This document shows, piece by piece, positions 49,945 to 62,300 of a stretch of 64,000 nt of DNA. The DNA is taken from assembly GCA_030390025.1 (NCBI GenBank), contig CM059432.1:144400001-144464000 (forward strand). Direction: 5' to 3'. Position numbers and translations under genes: made by a program. The first letter of the stretch is position 1. Every line of letters starts with the position of its first letter. This DNA comes from Squalus acanthias (lineage: Eukaryota). Below the pieces are notes generated by a model. That model was not told the DNA's origin, searched no databases, and saw only the letters and a program-made list of their open reading frames with translations.

Positions 49945-50420
49945 CTCTCAAAAACTCTGCTGCCCGTATCCTAATGCGTACCGAGTCCCGATCACGCATT
50001 GCCCCCCTGTGCTCACCCTCAATTTAAAATTCTCACCCTTGTTTTCAATTCCCCCCATGGCCTCGCCCCTCCCTATCTCTGTAACCTCCTCCAGCCCTAC
50101 AAGCCTCTGAGATATCTGCGCTCCTCCAATTCTGGCCTCTTGCGCATCCCTGATTTTTATCGCCCTTCCATTGGCGGCCGTGCCTTCAGCCGTCTAAGCC
50201 CTAAGCTCCGGAATTCCCTCCCTAAACCTCTCTGCCTCTCTACCTCTCTCTCCCGCTTTAAGACGCCCCTTAAAACCTACCTCTTTGACCAAGCTTTTGG
50301 TCAACTGTTCTAATATCTCCTTATGTGGCTCGGTGTCAATTTTTGTTTGATAATTGCTCCTGTGAAGTGCCTTGAGACTATTTACTACATTAAAGGTGCT
50401 CTGTAAATGCAAGTTGTTGT
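49945..50420 (+). mobile_element. L2 LINE 3' fragment
   Basis: KNSAARIL...FKILTL...HGLAPPYL...FKTPLKTYLFDQAF; tail AAAGGTGCTCTGTAAATGCAAGTTGTTGT. Confidence 0.85.
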
Positions 50421-50744
50421 GGTGAATCTAATGGAGAGGAGAGGCCATTATATCCACTGCCTTCACACCTTCCACCCTCCCTCCCCAAATGTGGTGATGT
50501 TACAGTCTCGGTGATGGTTAAATACACATCATTGGGAAACGTCGTGACAAAATCATTCGATCGGCTCCAGCCAGCTATGGTAATAACCTTCACACCTGGT
50601 TTTCACTCTTCACTAATACAGGCAGACTGTAATTCACGGTTCACAAGCTGTACCTGCACTATGGTATATATCCGAACTTCAGTGTAATATTAAGTGGATC
50701 AAAAGTCATTCACTGGAAAGTGACATAGAAGAGAGCGAAAGAGT

Positions 50745-50845
50745 GAAAGAAAGAAAGAAGTGCACTTATATACAGCATCTTTCACAACCTCAGGACATGC
50801 CAAAGCGCTTCACAGCCAATTAAGTATATTTGTAATGTAGGAAAT
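50745..50845 (-). mobile_element. DeuSINE tail fragment
   Basis: TTTCACAACCTCAGGACATGCCAAAGCGCTTCACAGCCAAT. Confidence 0.7.
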
Positions 50846-51025
50846 TACACATTGGAGGGCTCATTTAATTCATGCCTGGTGACAAAGCAAAATAGTACAG
50901 CAGTGTTTTCAATGAACAGACAATAGATAAAAAGAAAATACTGCAGATGCCGGAAATCTGAAATAAAACCAGAAAATGCTGGAGACACTCAGCAGGTCAG
51001 GCAGCATCTGTGAAGAGAGAAACAG

Positions 51026-51062
51026 AGTTAACGTTTCAGGTCGATGACCTTTCGTCAGAACT
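51026..51062 (-). ncRNA. Minimal hammerhead ribozyme in 3'UTR of PLE family 2
   Basis: AGUU-CUGACGA-A-AGGUC(AUC)GACCU-GAAA-CG-UU-AACU. Confidence 0.78.
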
Positions 51063-51364
51063 GGAAAAAAGCTGGAAATGGAACAGATTTTAAAGCAAGT
51101 TTAGGGGCTGGGAAATGGGGGAAGGGATGAAAGAACAAAAGGGAAGGTCTGTGATAGGATAGAAGGCAGGAGAATTAAAGAGACATTAAGAGATATTCAA
51201 GGCAAAAGGAGATGGTAATGGGACAGGTTAAGAAACAAAGGATGGCTCGAGATGAAGTGTAAATTGCGCTGGCAGAATGAAAGACAGCTGCCGTGTGGGA
51301 GAGAAGAACAAAAGGCACAAACAAAAAGTGTGGATAAAAAATATATATATGGTAGGGGCCGAGG

Positions 51365-53037
51365 TTATGATCTGAAATTGTTGAACTCGATGTTGAGTCC
51401 AGAAGGCTGTAAAGTGCCTAATCGAAAGATGAGGTGCTGTTCCTCGAGCTTACGCTGAGCTTCCATGGAACAATGCAAGAGGCCGAGGACAGTGAGGTCT
51501 GAGTGGGAATGGAGCGGTGAATTAAAGTGACAGGCGACCGGAAGCTCGGGGTCCCCCTTACGGACTGAACGGAGGTGTTCCGCAAAGCGGTCACCCAATC
51601 TGCGTTTGGTCTCCCCAATGTAGAGGAGACTGCATCGTGAGCAGCAAATACAGTATACTAAATTGCAAGAAGTACAAGTAAATCGCTGTTTCACCTGGAA
51701 GGGGTGTTTGGGGCCCTGGACAGTGGGAAGGGGGGAGCTATATGGGCATGTGTTGCATCTCCTGTGCTTGCACGGGAAGGTGCCGGACAAAGGGGAAGGG
51801 GTGATGGGAGTGATAGAGGAGTGGACTAGGGTGTTGCGGAGGGAGCGGTCCCTACGGAATGCTGAAAGGGGAGGTGAGGGGAAGATGCGTTTGGTGGTGG
51901 GATCATGCTGGAGGTGGCGGAAATGGCGGAGGATGATCCGTTGAATGTGGAGGCTAGTGGGGTGAAAGGTGAGGACAAGGGGAACTCTATCATGGTTCCG
52001 GGAGGGAGGGGCAGGGGTGAGGGCAGAAGTGCGGGACATAGAATGGACACGGTCGAGGGCCGTGTCAACCATGGTAGAGGGGAATCCTCGGTTGAGGAAA
52101 AAGGAAGACATGTCGGAAGCACTGGTATGGAAGGTGGCATCGTCAGAGCAGATGCGGTGGAGACTGAGAAACTGGGAGAATGGAATAGAGTCCTTACAGG
52201 AGGCGGGGTGGGAGGAAGTGTAGTCCAGGTAGCTGTGGGAGTCAGTGGGCTTGTAGTGAATGTTTGTCAATAACCTATCCCCAGAGATGGAGACGGAGAA
52301 GTCGAGGAAGGGAAGGGAAGAGTCAGAGATGGACCATGTGAAGGTGAGGGAAGGGTGGAAATTGGAAGCAAAGTGATTGAAATTATCTAGTTCAGGGCGA
52401 GAGCAGGAAACAGCACCAATACAGTCATCAATGTACCGGAAAACGAGGTGAGGGAGGGGACCCGAGTAGGACTGGAACAAAGAGTGTTCCACATATCCCA
52501 TGAAAAGGCAGGCATAGCTAGGGCCCATGCGGGTTCCCATAGCAACACCTTTAATTTGGAGGAAATGAGTGGAGTCAAAGGAGAAGTTGTTCAATGTGAG
52601 AACAAGTTCAGCCAGGCTGAGGAGGGTGGTGGTGGATGGGGACTGGTTGGGCCTCTGTTCAAGGAAGAAGCAGAGCACCCTCAGGCCATCCTAGTGGGGG
52701 ATGGAGGTGTAGAGGGATTGTACGTCCAGAGTGAAAAGGAGGCGGTTAGGGCCAGGAAACTGGAAACTGTTAAAGTGACGGAGGGCGTCGGAAGAGTCGT
52801 GGATGTAGGTGGGAAGAGACTGGACAAGGGGAGAAAAAATAGAGTCGAGGTAGGAAGAGATAAGTTCCGTGGGGCAAGAACAGGCTGAGACGATGGGTCT
52901 ACCAGGGCAGTCCAGTTTGTGGATCTTGGGAAGGAGGTAGAAGCGGGCTGTGCGGGGTTGGGGAACTATGAGGTTGGCGGCCGTGGGGGGGGGAAGATCT
53001 CCAGAGGAGATGAGGTCAGTGACAGTCTTGGAGACAA
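51365..53037 (-). pseudogene. PLE RT + GIY-YIG ORF with one premature TAG at 52691-52693
   Basis: FYLLPKIHK, GRPIVS, DVQSLYTSIPH*, GVAMG, RYIDD, PCKHRRCNTC, LVYCICC...YIGET, GLNIEF; the two track ORFs share a frame. Confidence 0.92.
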
Positions 53038-53924
53038 TATATAAAAATGGATTAAAAGGAAAACTTAAGAGGACTACATGATGAATGCAGATACAGCTCA
53101 CTAGCAGGAGCGAGTAAGGCAGTTCCTTTATGACTGTGACAGACCCATAACTCACAAGCACTGGAGGTGTGAGGGGTGCTGTGCTCACCCTTTCTGGTGA
53201 GATTGGGGTTTCTATATGAAAACTTCAAACACATCCTTAACTCATCCTAGTGCCAACTATTACGTGTTACTTCATACGTCTGAAACAAGACTTTGGAATG
53301 TTGCTCAGGTGCTGTAACAACCCAGTGGGTGGTGATAATGCCACTGGCGACTGATAAATAGTTTCTCTATTATCTAATCAGTGCCATTTATTTTGATCCC
53401 GGAGCTGGATGCTAAAATCAGCTCAAAACTGATCAATGCAACCAGCAATTTACACCCTTGTTTCATACCAGAAAACTCCTGAACACAGACATCTAAAAGG
53501 ATTAATGTTCAGTGCAGACACGCCCCTATTTAGGGAGCAGGTTAAATGATTGTCTTTTCTTTTAAAGACAGGGATAATGGTTTGTGGTGTTGGCAGGCCG
53601 CAAGATGAGACTGTAAATTGCTGGGCGCTGACTTCCTGGGTTCGCCTCACGCCACCAGGCGTGCGTCTCTGGGGCGACCCATCATTGTCCGTCCATTCGT
53701 TTTAGTGGGCAGGAAATGGAGGGCAGCTCACCCAGGGTTCCCCCGATTTGTGTGGCGTGCCGGCAATGCCAACCCGGAGCCTCAGCCGTCTTATTTAGGG
53801 CTGCAATCTCGACGATTGCTGCAGATTGCAGGAGCTGCCTTGAGAAAAGAACCAGGAGCTTTGAAGTCAGCACTTAAAATTCACATTTCTGTAAGATAAC
53901 TGGGAATAACAGATCTTCATTTAA

Positions 53925-54368
53925 AAAAGAACTTGCATTTATATAGCACCTTCCACGTCCTCAGGACGTCCCAAAGCGCTTCACAGTCAATGAAGTACTT
54001 TTTGAAGTGTAGTCACCGTTGTTTTGTCGGCAAATGCAGCAGCTAATTTGTGCACAGCAAGGTCCCACAAACAGCAATTAAATAAATGATCAGATCCTCT
54101 GTTTTTGGTGGTGTTGGTTGAGAGATAAATATTGGCCAGGACACCAGGGAGAACTCACCTGCTCTTCTTCGAAATAGTACCGTGGAATCTTTTACATCCA
54201 CCCGAGAGGGTAAACGAGGCCTCGGTTTAACATCTGATCTGAAAGAAGGCACATATGACTGTGCAGCACTCCCTCAGAAGTGTCAGCCTAGATTACGTGC
54301 TCAAATCCTGCAGTGGGGCTTGAACCCATGACTTTCTGACTCAGAGGTAAGACACTACCACTGAGCTT
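53925..54368 (-). mobile_element. Near full-length DeuSINE
   Basis: Same head, Deu domain and tail as 34390-34820. Confidence 0.85.
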
Positions 54369-54559
54369 TAAGAATGAAACCTGGAACAGTGGCATGAGGT
54401 TCCCGGCTGTTCTCATGGCAGAACAAAACACATGAAGTAGCATTTGACATTTGTTTTTCTTTGCTATCCAAGCACCTGCTGATTTTACTGAGCAATGTAC
54501 TGTTCGGAATATCGTTTCTCATGACCTGGCTCAGTAAAATAACTGGGATCACAGTTAAG

Positions 54560-54838
54560 GGGTCGGCCATTTAAGACTGAGATGAAGAGAAATTTCTTCA
54601 CTCAAAGGGTTGTGAATTTTTAGAATTCTCTACCCCAGAGAGCTGTGGATGCTCAGTCGTTGAGTATATTCAAGACAGAGGTCGATAAATTTTTGGGAAC
54701 TAAGGGAATTAAGGGATATGGGGATAGTGCGGGAAGGTGGAGTTGAGGTCGATGATCAGCCATGATCTTATTGAATGGTGGAGCAGGCTCGAAGGGCCAA
54801 TTGGCCGACTTCTGCTCTTATTTCTTACATTCTTATGT
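54560..54838 (+). mobile_element. CR1 3' fragment
   Basis: TTTAAGACTGAGATGAAGAGAAATTTCTTCACTCAAAGGG... and standard tail. Confidence 0.8.
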
Positions 54839-55084
54839 TAGGCTCTTACGTTAAAAATGAGGTGAATTTAGAACAGGATGCATTTTTGGTTACTAGTAAT
54901 AAAATCTGACGGCTACTAATAAAAAGAGAAAGAAAATAAATGAATGTGGTTTTGAGTTTTTGTGTCTAGGTTTTCCAAGTTGCTGAAATAACAAATATAA
55001 CAAACTGAAATTTAGGGGTGAAGAGAATGGGTTTTAAAGATGAAGAATTATTTGTGAGTTACTTGCTGCAAAGTCACAGACTCC

Positions 55085-55269
55085 TAGGTAGATCTTGATG
55101 TGGTGCGAGAGTGTACAACCGTGTGATAGTGAGTCGGCAGCCAGCTTACATCTCTCCCAATTTTTATTTCCGTTGACTTGAAAATAAAAATGGGGAAGAG
55201 GTGTAGAACGGGCTGCCGACTCACTATCATACATTTTACACCATCGTACAATGTTTAAAATCTACCCCC
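55085..55269. mobile_element. Palindromic MITE-like element related to 23435-23592
   Basis: GGTAGATCTT/AAAATCTACC ends; perfect internal IR TGATAGTGAGTCGGCAGCC / GGCTGCCGACTCACTATCA. Confidence 0.75.
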
Positions 55270-55479
55270 TGTTGTTGTGCTACATACCTCAACTGAAGTA
55301 TACATGCGACCCAGCCCAGTCCATCAAAACCAAGAGGTCATGGGTTTAGCAAAGTGATTGGACTAAAATGCTACACCAATCAGTGAAACAGTGTGGCAAA
55401 TGTGCGTACTGAGAAATAATTAAAAATTGACGCGTGCTGATATTTTTAAGCATTTCCTCAGTGATTTAACACCAGCATT

Positions 55480-56228
55480 TATGTTAAACTTTTAAGTTTA
55501 TTTAACCAGCAACTTTACATTTAACAAGTTGGATATAAAACAGTATCTGCCTTCATTTGCACGTAACTATGTATCTGGAAACTGTAACAAATTGAAATTT
55601 GTTGCACAAATCTGCAGCTTCTAAAAAATGCATGGGAAGCCAGTTAAACATTAAATAACAGCCAGTAAATCTATCACTCGTTAGATTATATAACAATAAA
55701 AGTATAACATTAATAGGAATACAGTAATGATGCTGTGCACAATGTATGGAAAGTAGGAGTGCTATAAGTGAGTGATGGGTGTGCAGAAATAACCAATGCT
55801 ACTTTGGTAGCAGTCACACTTACCCCTAACATTTTTTTCCCCAGCAGATTATGCTTTACTATAATGCAGTAATTTCAACAGCGTGGCTATGTGTGCACTG
55901 GAAAAGATCAGTGCCTCTTCCAGTTGATTTAAGTAAGTGTCATGAAACTCTTGGCCCCAAAAACGCTTTGAAAGTAGGAAACATCAAGTACTACTCACAG
56001 GAAGCTCCCACAATCTGAGCAGCTTTTTAAACAAGCTCCAATTGGGCTGGCGATACGAGCTAGGGATATTACACAGTTGCTTTTGTGAAGATCATAACGT
56101 ATGCAGTCTGATTTGGCTCTGACAGCACGTACTGGAGTCTGGAAAGCAGAAATTGTGAAAAACAAGGTCCAGCTGCTGGCCCGCTCCTATCTGTCTTCAG
56201 GGATCGCGAGGTTCTCTTCCGCAGCACC
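55480..56228 (-). other. Candidate terminal exon (short coding end, e.g. GAAEENLAIPEDR*, plus AT-rich 3'UTR)
   Basis: Long polypyrimidine tract ending TCTTTTCCAG|G at 56229/56228; short GC-rich segment; repeat-free AT-rich sequence with AATAAA (minus) at 55497-55502. Confidence 0.3.
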
Positions 56229-56737
56229 CTGGAAAAGATCTTGAAAAACATAAATTGAAGAAAAATCAAAATCAAACAAGACTTAAATAAATCAGGTTTA
56301 AACAGTCTGATATTTAGCTAGATTTGTTTTATTTCCTGATCTTGATCTTGTTTGTTGAGATTGTCATATGATCACCAGGGAATATGAAATGAAGATAGCA
56401 GACTCTAATTTTAGACATATGGGAAATTGTTACATTGGGTTGCTAAGTTTTCAGAAGGTACTTGATAAAGTTTCATGTGAGTTTTTTTTTAAGAATACTG
56501 TGGAATAAATGGGAAATTAGGCAGTTTGGTACAGGCAGTAGAAGCTGCTGATACAGAACAAAGTGCTGAGCATTGACTCTCTCCAGGTATCTGTTAGGGT
56601 CCCTTGCTGTTCACAGGATATGGCGGAAGATACACTTTGGAATAATAATACAACAGCTGTTGATAACACCAAACTATGTGCAAGTGCTGAATATTGGAAA
56701 GAGTATTCCAAAGGAACTCCACAAATTAAGCAGCTGA

Positions 56738-57355
56738 GAACATAAGAACATAAGAAATAGGAGCAGGAGTAGACCAATCGGCCCCTCGAGCCTGCTCCGC
56801 CATTCAATGAGATCATGGCTCATCTGATCCAACCTCAACTCTAAAGAACACAAGAAGCAGGAGCAGGACCAGGCCACTCGGCTCCGCCACCCACAGGGCC
56901 TTGACCAAACCGAACTCAAACTCATGTCCAATTTCCATCCCGCTCCCCGTAACCCCTGATTCCCTTTACTTCTAGGAAACGGTCTATTTCTGTTTTAAAT
57001 TTATTTAATGAAGTAGCTTCCACAGCTTCCTGGGGTAGCAAATTCCACAGACCTACTACCCTCTGAGTGAAGAAGTTTCTCCTCATCTCAGTTTTGAAAG
57101 AGCAGCCCCTTATTCTAAGATTATGTCCCCTAGTTCTAGTTTCACCCATCCTTGGGAACATCCTTACCGCATCCACCCGATCAAGCCCCTTCACAATCTT
57201 ATATGTTTCAATAAGATCACCTCTCATTCTTCTGAACTCCAATGAGTAGAGTCCCAATCTACTCAACCTCTCCTCGTATGTCCACCCCCTCATCCCCGGA
57301 ATTAACCGAGTGAACCTTCTTTGTACTGCCTCGAGAGCAAGTATGTCTTTTCTTA
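56738..57355 (-). mobile_element. CR1 3' fragment plus adjacent second CR1 tail (56738-~56842)
   Basis: LRKDILALEAVQRRFTRLIPG...FFTQRVVGLWNLLP. Confidence 0.88.
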
Positions 57356-57427
57356 AGGAAACGGCAATGGCTTTTACTGAAGATGTTAATGTAAGGTAAT
57401 GCACAGCGGAGCAGGAACTAGGAAATG

Positions 57428-58148
57428 TATACAACAACAACTTGCATTTATTACAGCACCTTTAATGGAATAAAACGTCCCAAGGTGCTTCACAGGAGCG
57501 ATTATCAAACAGAATTTGACACCGAGCCACAGAAGGAGATATTAGGACAGGTGGCCAAAAGCTTGGTCAAACAAGTAGTTTTTAAGGAGTGTCTTAAAGG
57601 AGGAGAGAGAAGCGGAGAGGCTTAGGGAGGGAATTCCCGAGTTTAGGGCCCAGGCAGCTGAAGGCACGGCCACCAATGGTGGAGCAATGAAAATCGGAGA
57701 TGCGCAAGAGGCCAGAATTGAGGAACCTAGAGTTCTTGGAAGGTTATAAGGCTGGAGGAGGTTACAGAGATAGGGAGGGGAGAGACCCCCATGGAGGGAT
57801 TTGATAAACAAGGATGTGAATTTTAAAATCGAGGCGTTGTCGGACCGGGAGCCAATGTCGGTCAGCGAGCTCAGGGGTGATGGGTGAATGAGACTTGGTG
57901 CAAGTTAGGATACGGGGCAACAGAGTTTTGGATGAGCTCATGTTTACAAAGGGTGCAAGGTGGGAGCCCGGCTAGAAGAGCATTGCATTAGTGGAGTCTA
58001 GAGGTAACAAAGGCACGGATGAGGGTTTCAGCAACAGATGAGCTGAGGCGGGGCAGAATCAGACGATGTTACGGAGATAGAAGTAGGCGGTTTTGTTGAT
58101 GGAGAGGATATGGGGTCGGAGGCTCAGCTCAGGGTCAAATAGGATGGC
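57428..58148 (-). mobile_element. L2 LINE 3' fragment
   Basis: KSLHGGLSPPYLCNLLQPY...FKTLLKNYLFDQAF; (TTG)n tail. Confidence 0.85.
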
Positions 58149-59380
58149 AATACACAATAACGGAGTGGTACTTGAACCCATGTCTCCAAGGTTGGACAGT
58201 TTGGCTATTTTGACTGTGTAATAAAGGATTGTCCTTTAAGAATGGTGGAAACTGAAAGGGTTTTGAATATGATGATTGACCAGATCCTGAAAGTATTGGG
58301 TTTTGTTACAAGAGCATTTGATTCTAAGCTAAAACAATTTGCTGTGACTTTGTATACATCATTTGTCAGACCACATTCAAAATACTATGTGCAGCTATTG
58401 GCACCCAACCTTGGTAGTGCCGGTGGTGATAGTGGTGGTGATGATGATTGTTAAGCCTGTAGTTGGCTCCCCTGCCTCATGCAGTGGGGTGTCTGTTGTG
58501 CAGAGGCACAGAATCAACTGCTGTATGTGGATACCTCTGGTATACTTGAAAGGGTCGGGGTGGGAGTTTATTACTGTGAAGGAGAGTCAAAGGTCCTCAA
58601 CTTTCTTAGTTTATGAAAGCTACTTTTTCCAAACCCATTTTATATCCCTGCTGGAATCATTCTAATCCTTGTTGGAAGGGGAAGGGGAAAGTCACCCGAT
58701 TCTGATTTGCCCCAGAGTGCTTTCTGAGTCTCTCTCTGTCCCTGGTACTCTTTCTTGAGAAGCAATGACACTGTGAAGCTCACTGTGTGTCCTCCATTGC
58801 GTTATGAATGGTCCATCCACCTTGTTCCCCTATGCTGTACCTCCAGGTTGCACATTCTGCCTCGGATACCTTGTTCTCTCAAATGGCTTTGGGGGTTGGG
58901 GGACGGGGGGTGGGGGGAAGGTCCTGCGCCAAAGGCACAGCGATAGAGTCACGTCTCCTGGTTATTCAGTGACATACACTAGGCATACACCATGGACTTA
59001 CTACTTTGAGTATTGCTCAACCACAATGTGCGAATTGGATCACATAGCTGGATGATGAGATATTTGACAGAATTGGAAAGTGAACTGGCAGATATTGTTG
59101 GTGCACGTCCAATACAGAGAATATTGCAGCTCAATTAGATTTTTTGAAAAATTACTCGCAAAAACTGATCAACAATTTCAAAACGGTTAACACAACCCCA
59201 AAAAAACTGACAAGTCAAAGACACCCCTGAATATTGGCCAGTGATGTGTGAGAGCATAAAGTTACAATGAAAGTGCAGGATTATCACCCCTCTCCTCCTA
59301 TTACTCACACAGACTTTAACATGACAGTAATACTGCTCTCCTATACAGTACACTATGATATCCACTCTCCTCTCAGAAGA

Positions 59381-62300
59381 CAGGATTATTACCCCAATCC
59401 CCAAATAGAGTATAGGATTATTACCCCACTCCCCCCATAGAGTACAGGATTATTACCCCACTCCCCCCATAGAGTACTGGATTATAACCACACTCCCCCC
59501 ATAGAGTCCAGGATTATTACCCCACTCCCCCCATAGAGTACTGGATTATTACCCCACTCCCGCCAGAGTGTACATGATAACTACCCCACTCCCCCCCATA
59601 GAGTACAGGATTATTACCCCACTCCCCCCGTAGAGTACAGGATTATTACCCCACTCCCCCCATAGAGTACAGGATTATTACCCCACTCCCCCCATAGAGT
59701 ACAGGATTATTACCCCACTCCCCCCATAGAGTACGGGATTATTACCCCACTCCCCCCGTAGAGTACAGGATTATTACCCCACTCCCCCCATAGAGTACAG
59801 GATTATTACCCCACTTCCACCACAGAGTACTGGATTATTACCCCACTCCCCCCATAGAGTACTGGATTATTACCCCACTCCCCCACAGAGTACTGGATTA
59901 TTACCCCACTCCCCCCATAGAGGACAGGATTATTACCCCGCTCCCCCCCATAGAGTACTGGATTATTACCACACTACCCCCAAAGAGTACAGGATTATTA
60001 CCCCGCTCCCCCCCATAGAGTACTGCATTATTACCCCACTCCCCCCATAGAGTACAGGATTATTACCCCGCTCACCCCCATAGAGTACTAGATTATTACC
60101 CCACTCCCCCACAGAGTACTGGATTATTACCCGACTCCCCGCCATAGAGTACAGGATTAATACCCCATTCCCCCCATAGAGTACAGAATTATTACCCCAC
60201 TCCCCCCATCGAGTACAGGATTATTACCCCACTCCCCCCATAGAGTACAGGATTATTACCCCACTCCCCCCATAGAGTACTGGATTATTACCCCACTCCC
60301 CCATAGAGTACTGGATTATTACCCCACCCACCCCCATAGAGTATAGGATTATTACCCCACACCCCCATAACGTACAGGATTATTACCCCACTCCCCCCAT
60401 AGAGTACAGGATTATTACCCCACACCCCCATAGAGTACTGGATTATTACCCCACTCCCCCCATAGAATACAGGATTATTACCCCACTTCCTCCCATAGAG
60501 TACAGGATTATTACCCCACTCCCCCCATAGAGTACTGGATTATTACCCCACTCCCCCCATAGAGTACTGGATTATTACCCCGCTCCCCCCATAGAGTACT
60601 GGATTATTAGCCCACTCCCCCCATAGAGTACAGGATTATTACCGCACTCCACCCATAGAGTACTGGATTATTAGCCCACTCCCCCCATAGAGTACTGGAT
60701 TATTACCCCACTCCCCCCATAGAGTACAGGATTATTATCCCACTCCCCCATAGAGTACTGGATTATTTCGCCACACCCCCCATAGAGTACAGGATTATTA
60801 CCTCACTCCCCCCATAGAGTACAGGATAATTACCCCACTCCCCCCATAAAGTACAGGATAATTACCCCACTCCCCCCATAGAGTACTGGATTATCACCCC
60901 ACTCCCCCCATAGAGTACAGGAATATTACCCCACTTCCCTCATAGAGTACTGGATTATTACCCAACTCCTCCCATAGAGTACAGGATTATTACCCCACTC
61001 CCACCATAGAAAACTGGATTATTACCCCACTACCCCCATAGAGTACTGGATTATTACCCCACTCCCCCACAGAGTACTGGATTATTACCCCACTCCCCCC
61101 ATAGAGTACAGGATTATTACCCCGCTCCCCCCCATAGAGTACTGGATTATTACCACACTACCCCCAAAGAGTACAGGATTATTACCCCGCTCCCCCCCAT
61201 AGAGTACTGCATTATTACCCCACTCCCCCCATAGAGTACAGGATTATTACCCCGTTCACCCCCATAGAGTACTAGATTATTACCCCACTCCCCCACAGAG
61301 TACTGGATTATTACCCCACTCCCCCCATAGAGTACAGGATTATTACCCCGCTCCCCCCCATAGAGTACTGGATTATTACCCGACTCCCCGCCATAGAGTA
61401 CAGGATTATTACCCCATTCCCCCCATAGAGTACAGGATTATTACCCCATTCCCCCATAGAGTACAGGATTATTACCCCACTCCCCCCATAGAGTATAGCA
61501 TTATTACCCCACTCCCCCATATAGTACAGGATTATTACCCCACTCCCCCCATAGAGTACAGGATTATTACCCCTCTCCCCACATAGAGTACTGGATTATT
61601 ACCCCACTCCCCCCATAGAGTACAGGATTATTACCCCACACCACCCATAGAGTACAGAATTATTACCCCACTCCCCCCATAGAGTATTGGATTATTACCC
61701 CACTCCCCCCATAGTGTACAGGATTATTACCCCACTCCCCCATAGAGTACTGGATTATTACCCCACTCCCCCCCAATAGATTATAGGTTTATTACCCCAC
61801 ACCCCCATAAAGTACAGGATTATTACCCCACTCCCCCCACAGAGTACAAGATTATTACCCCACACCCCCATAGAGTACTGGATTATTACCCCGACTCCCC
61901 CCATAGAATACAGGATTATTACCCCACTCCCCCCCATAGAGTACAGGATTATTACCCCACTCCCCCACAGAGTACTGGATTATTACCCCACTCCCCCACA
62001 GAGTACTGGATTATTACCCCACTCCCCCCATAGAGTACAGGATTATTACCCCGCTCCCCCCATAGAGTACTAGATTATTACCCCAGTCCCCCACAGAGTA
62101 CTGGATTATTACCCCACTCCCCCCATAGAGTACAGGATTATTACCCCGATCCCCCCCATAGAGTACTGGATTATTACCCCACTCCCCGCATAGAGTACAG
62201 GATTATTACCCCACTCCCCTCCAAAGAGTACAGGATTATTACCCCACTCCCCCCATCGAGTACAGGATTATTACCCCACTCCCCCCATAGAGTACTGGAT

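Larger units (their letters stand above)
50934..53037 (-). mobile_element. Penelope-like retroelement, family 2 (5'-truncated)
   Basis: RT/GIY-YIG coding region plus 3'UTR with hammerhead; flanks AGACAATAGATAAAAA (50918-50933) / AGACAATATATAAAAA (53032-53047). Confidence 0.95.

Noticed and set aside
47387..49999. 750-850 aa ORFs in all six frames
   Set aside because: A stop-free 23-bp unit cycles through all frames; artefact of the array.
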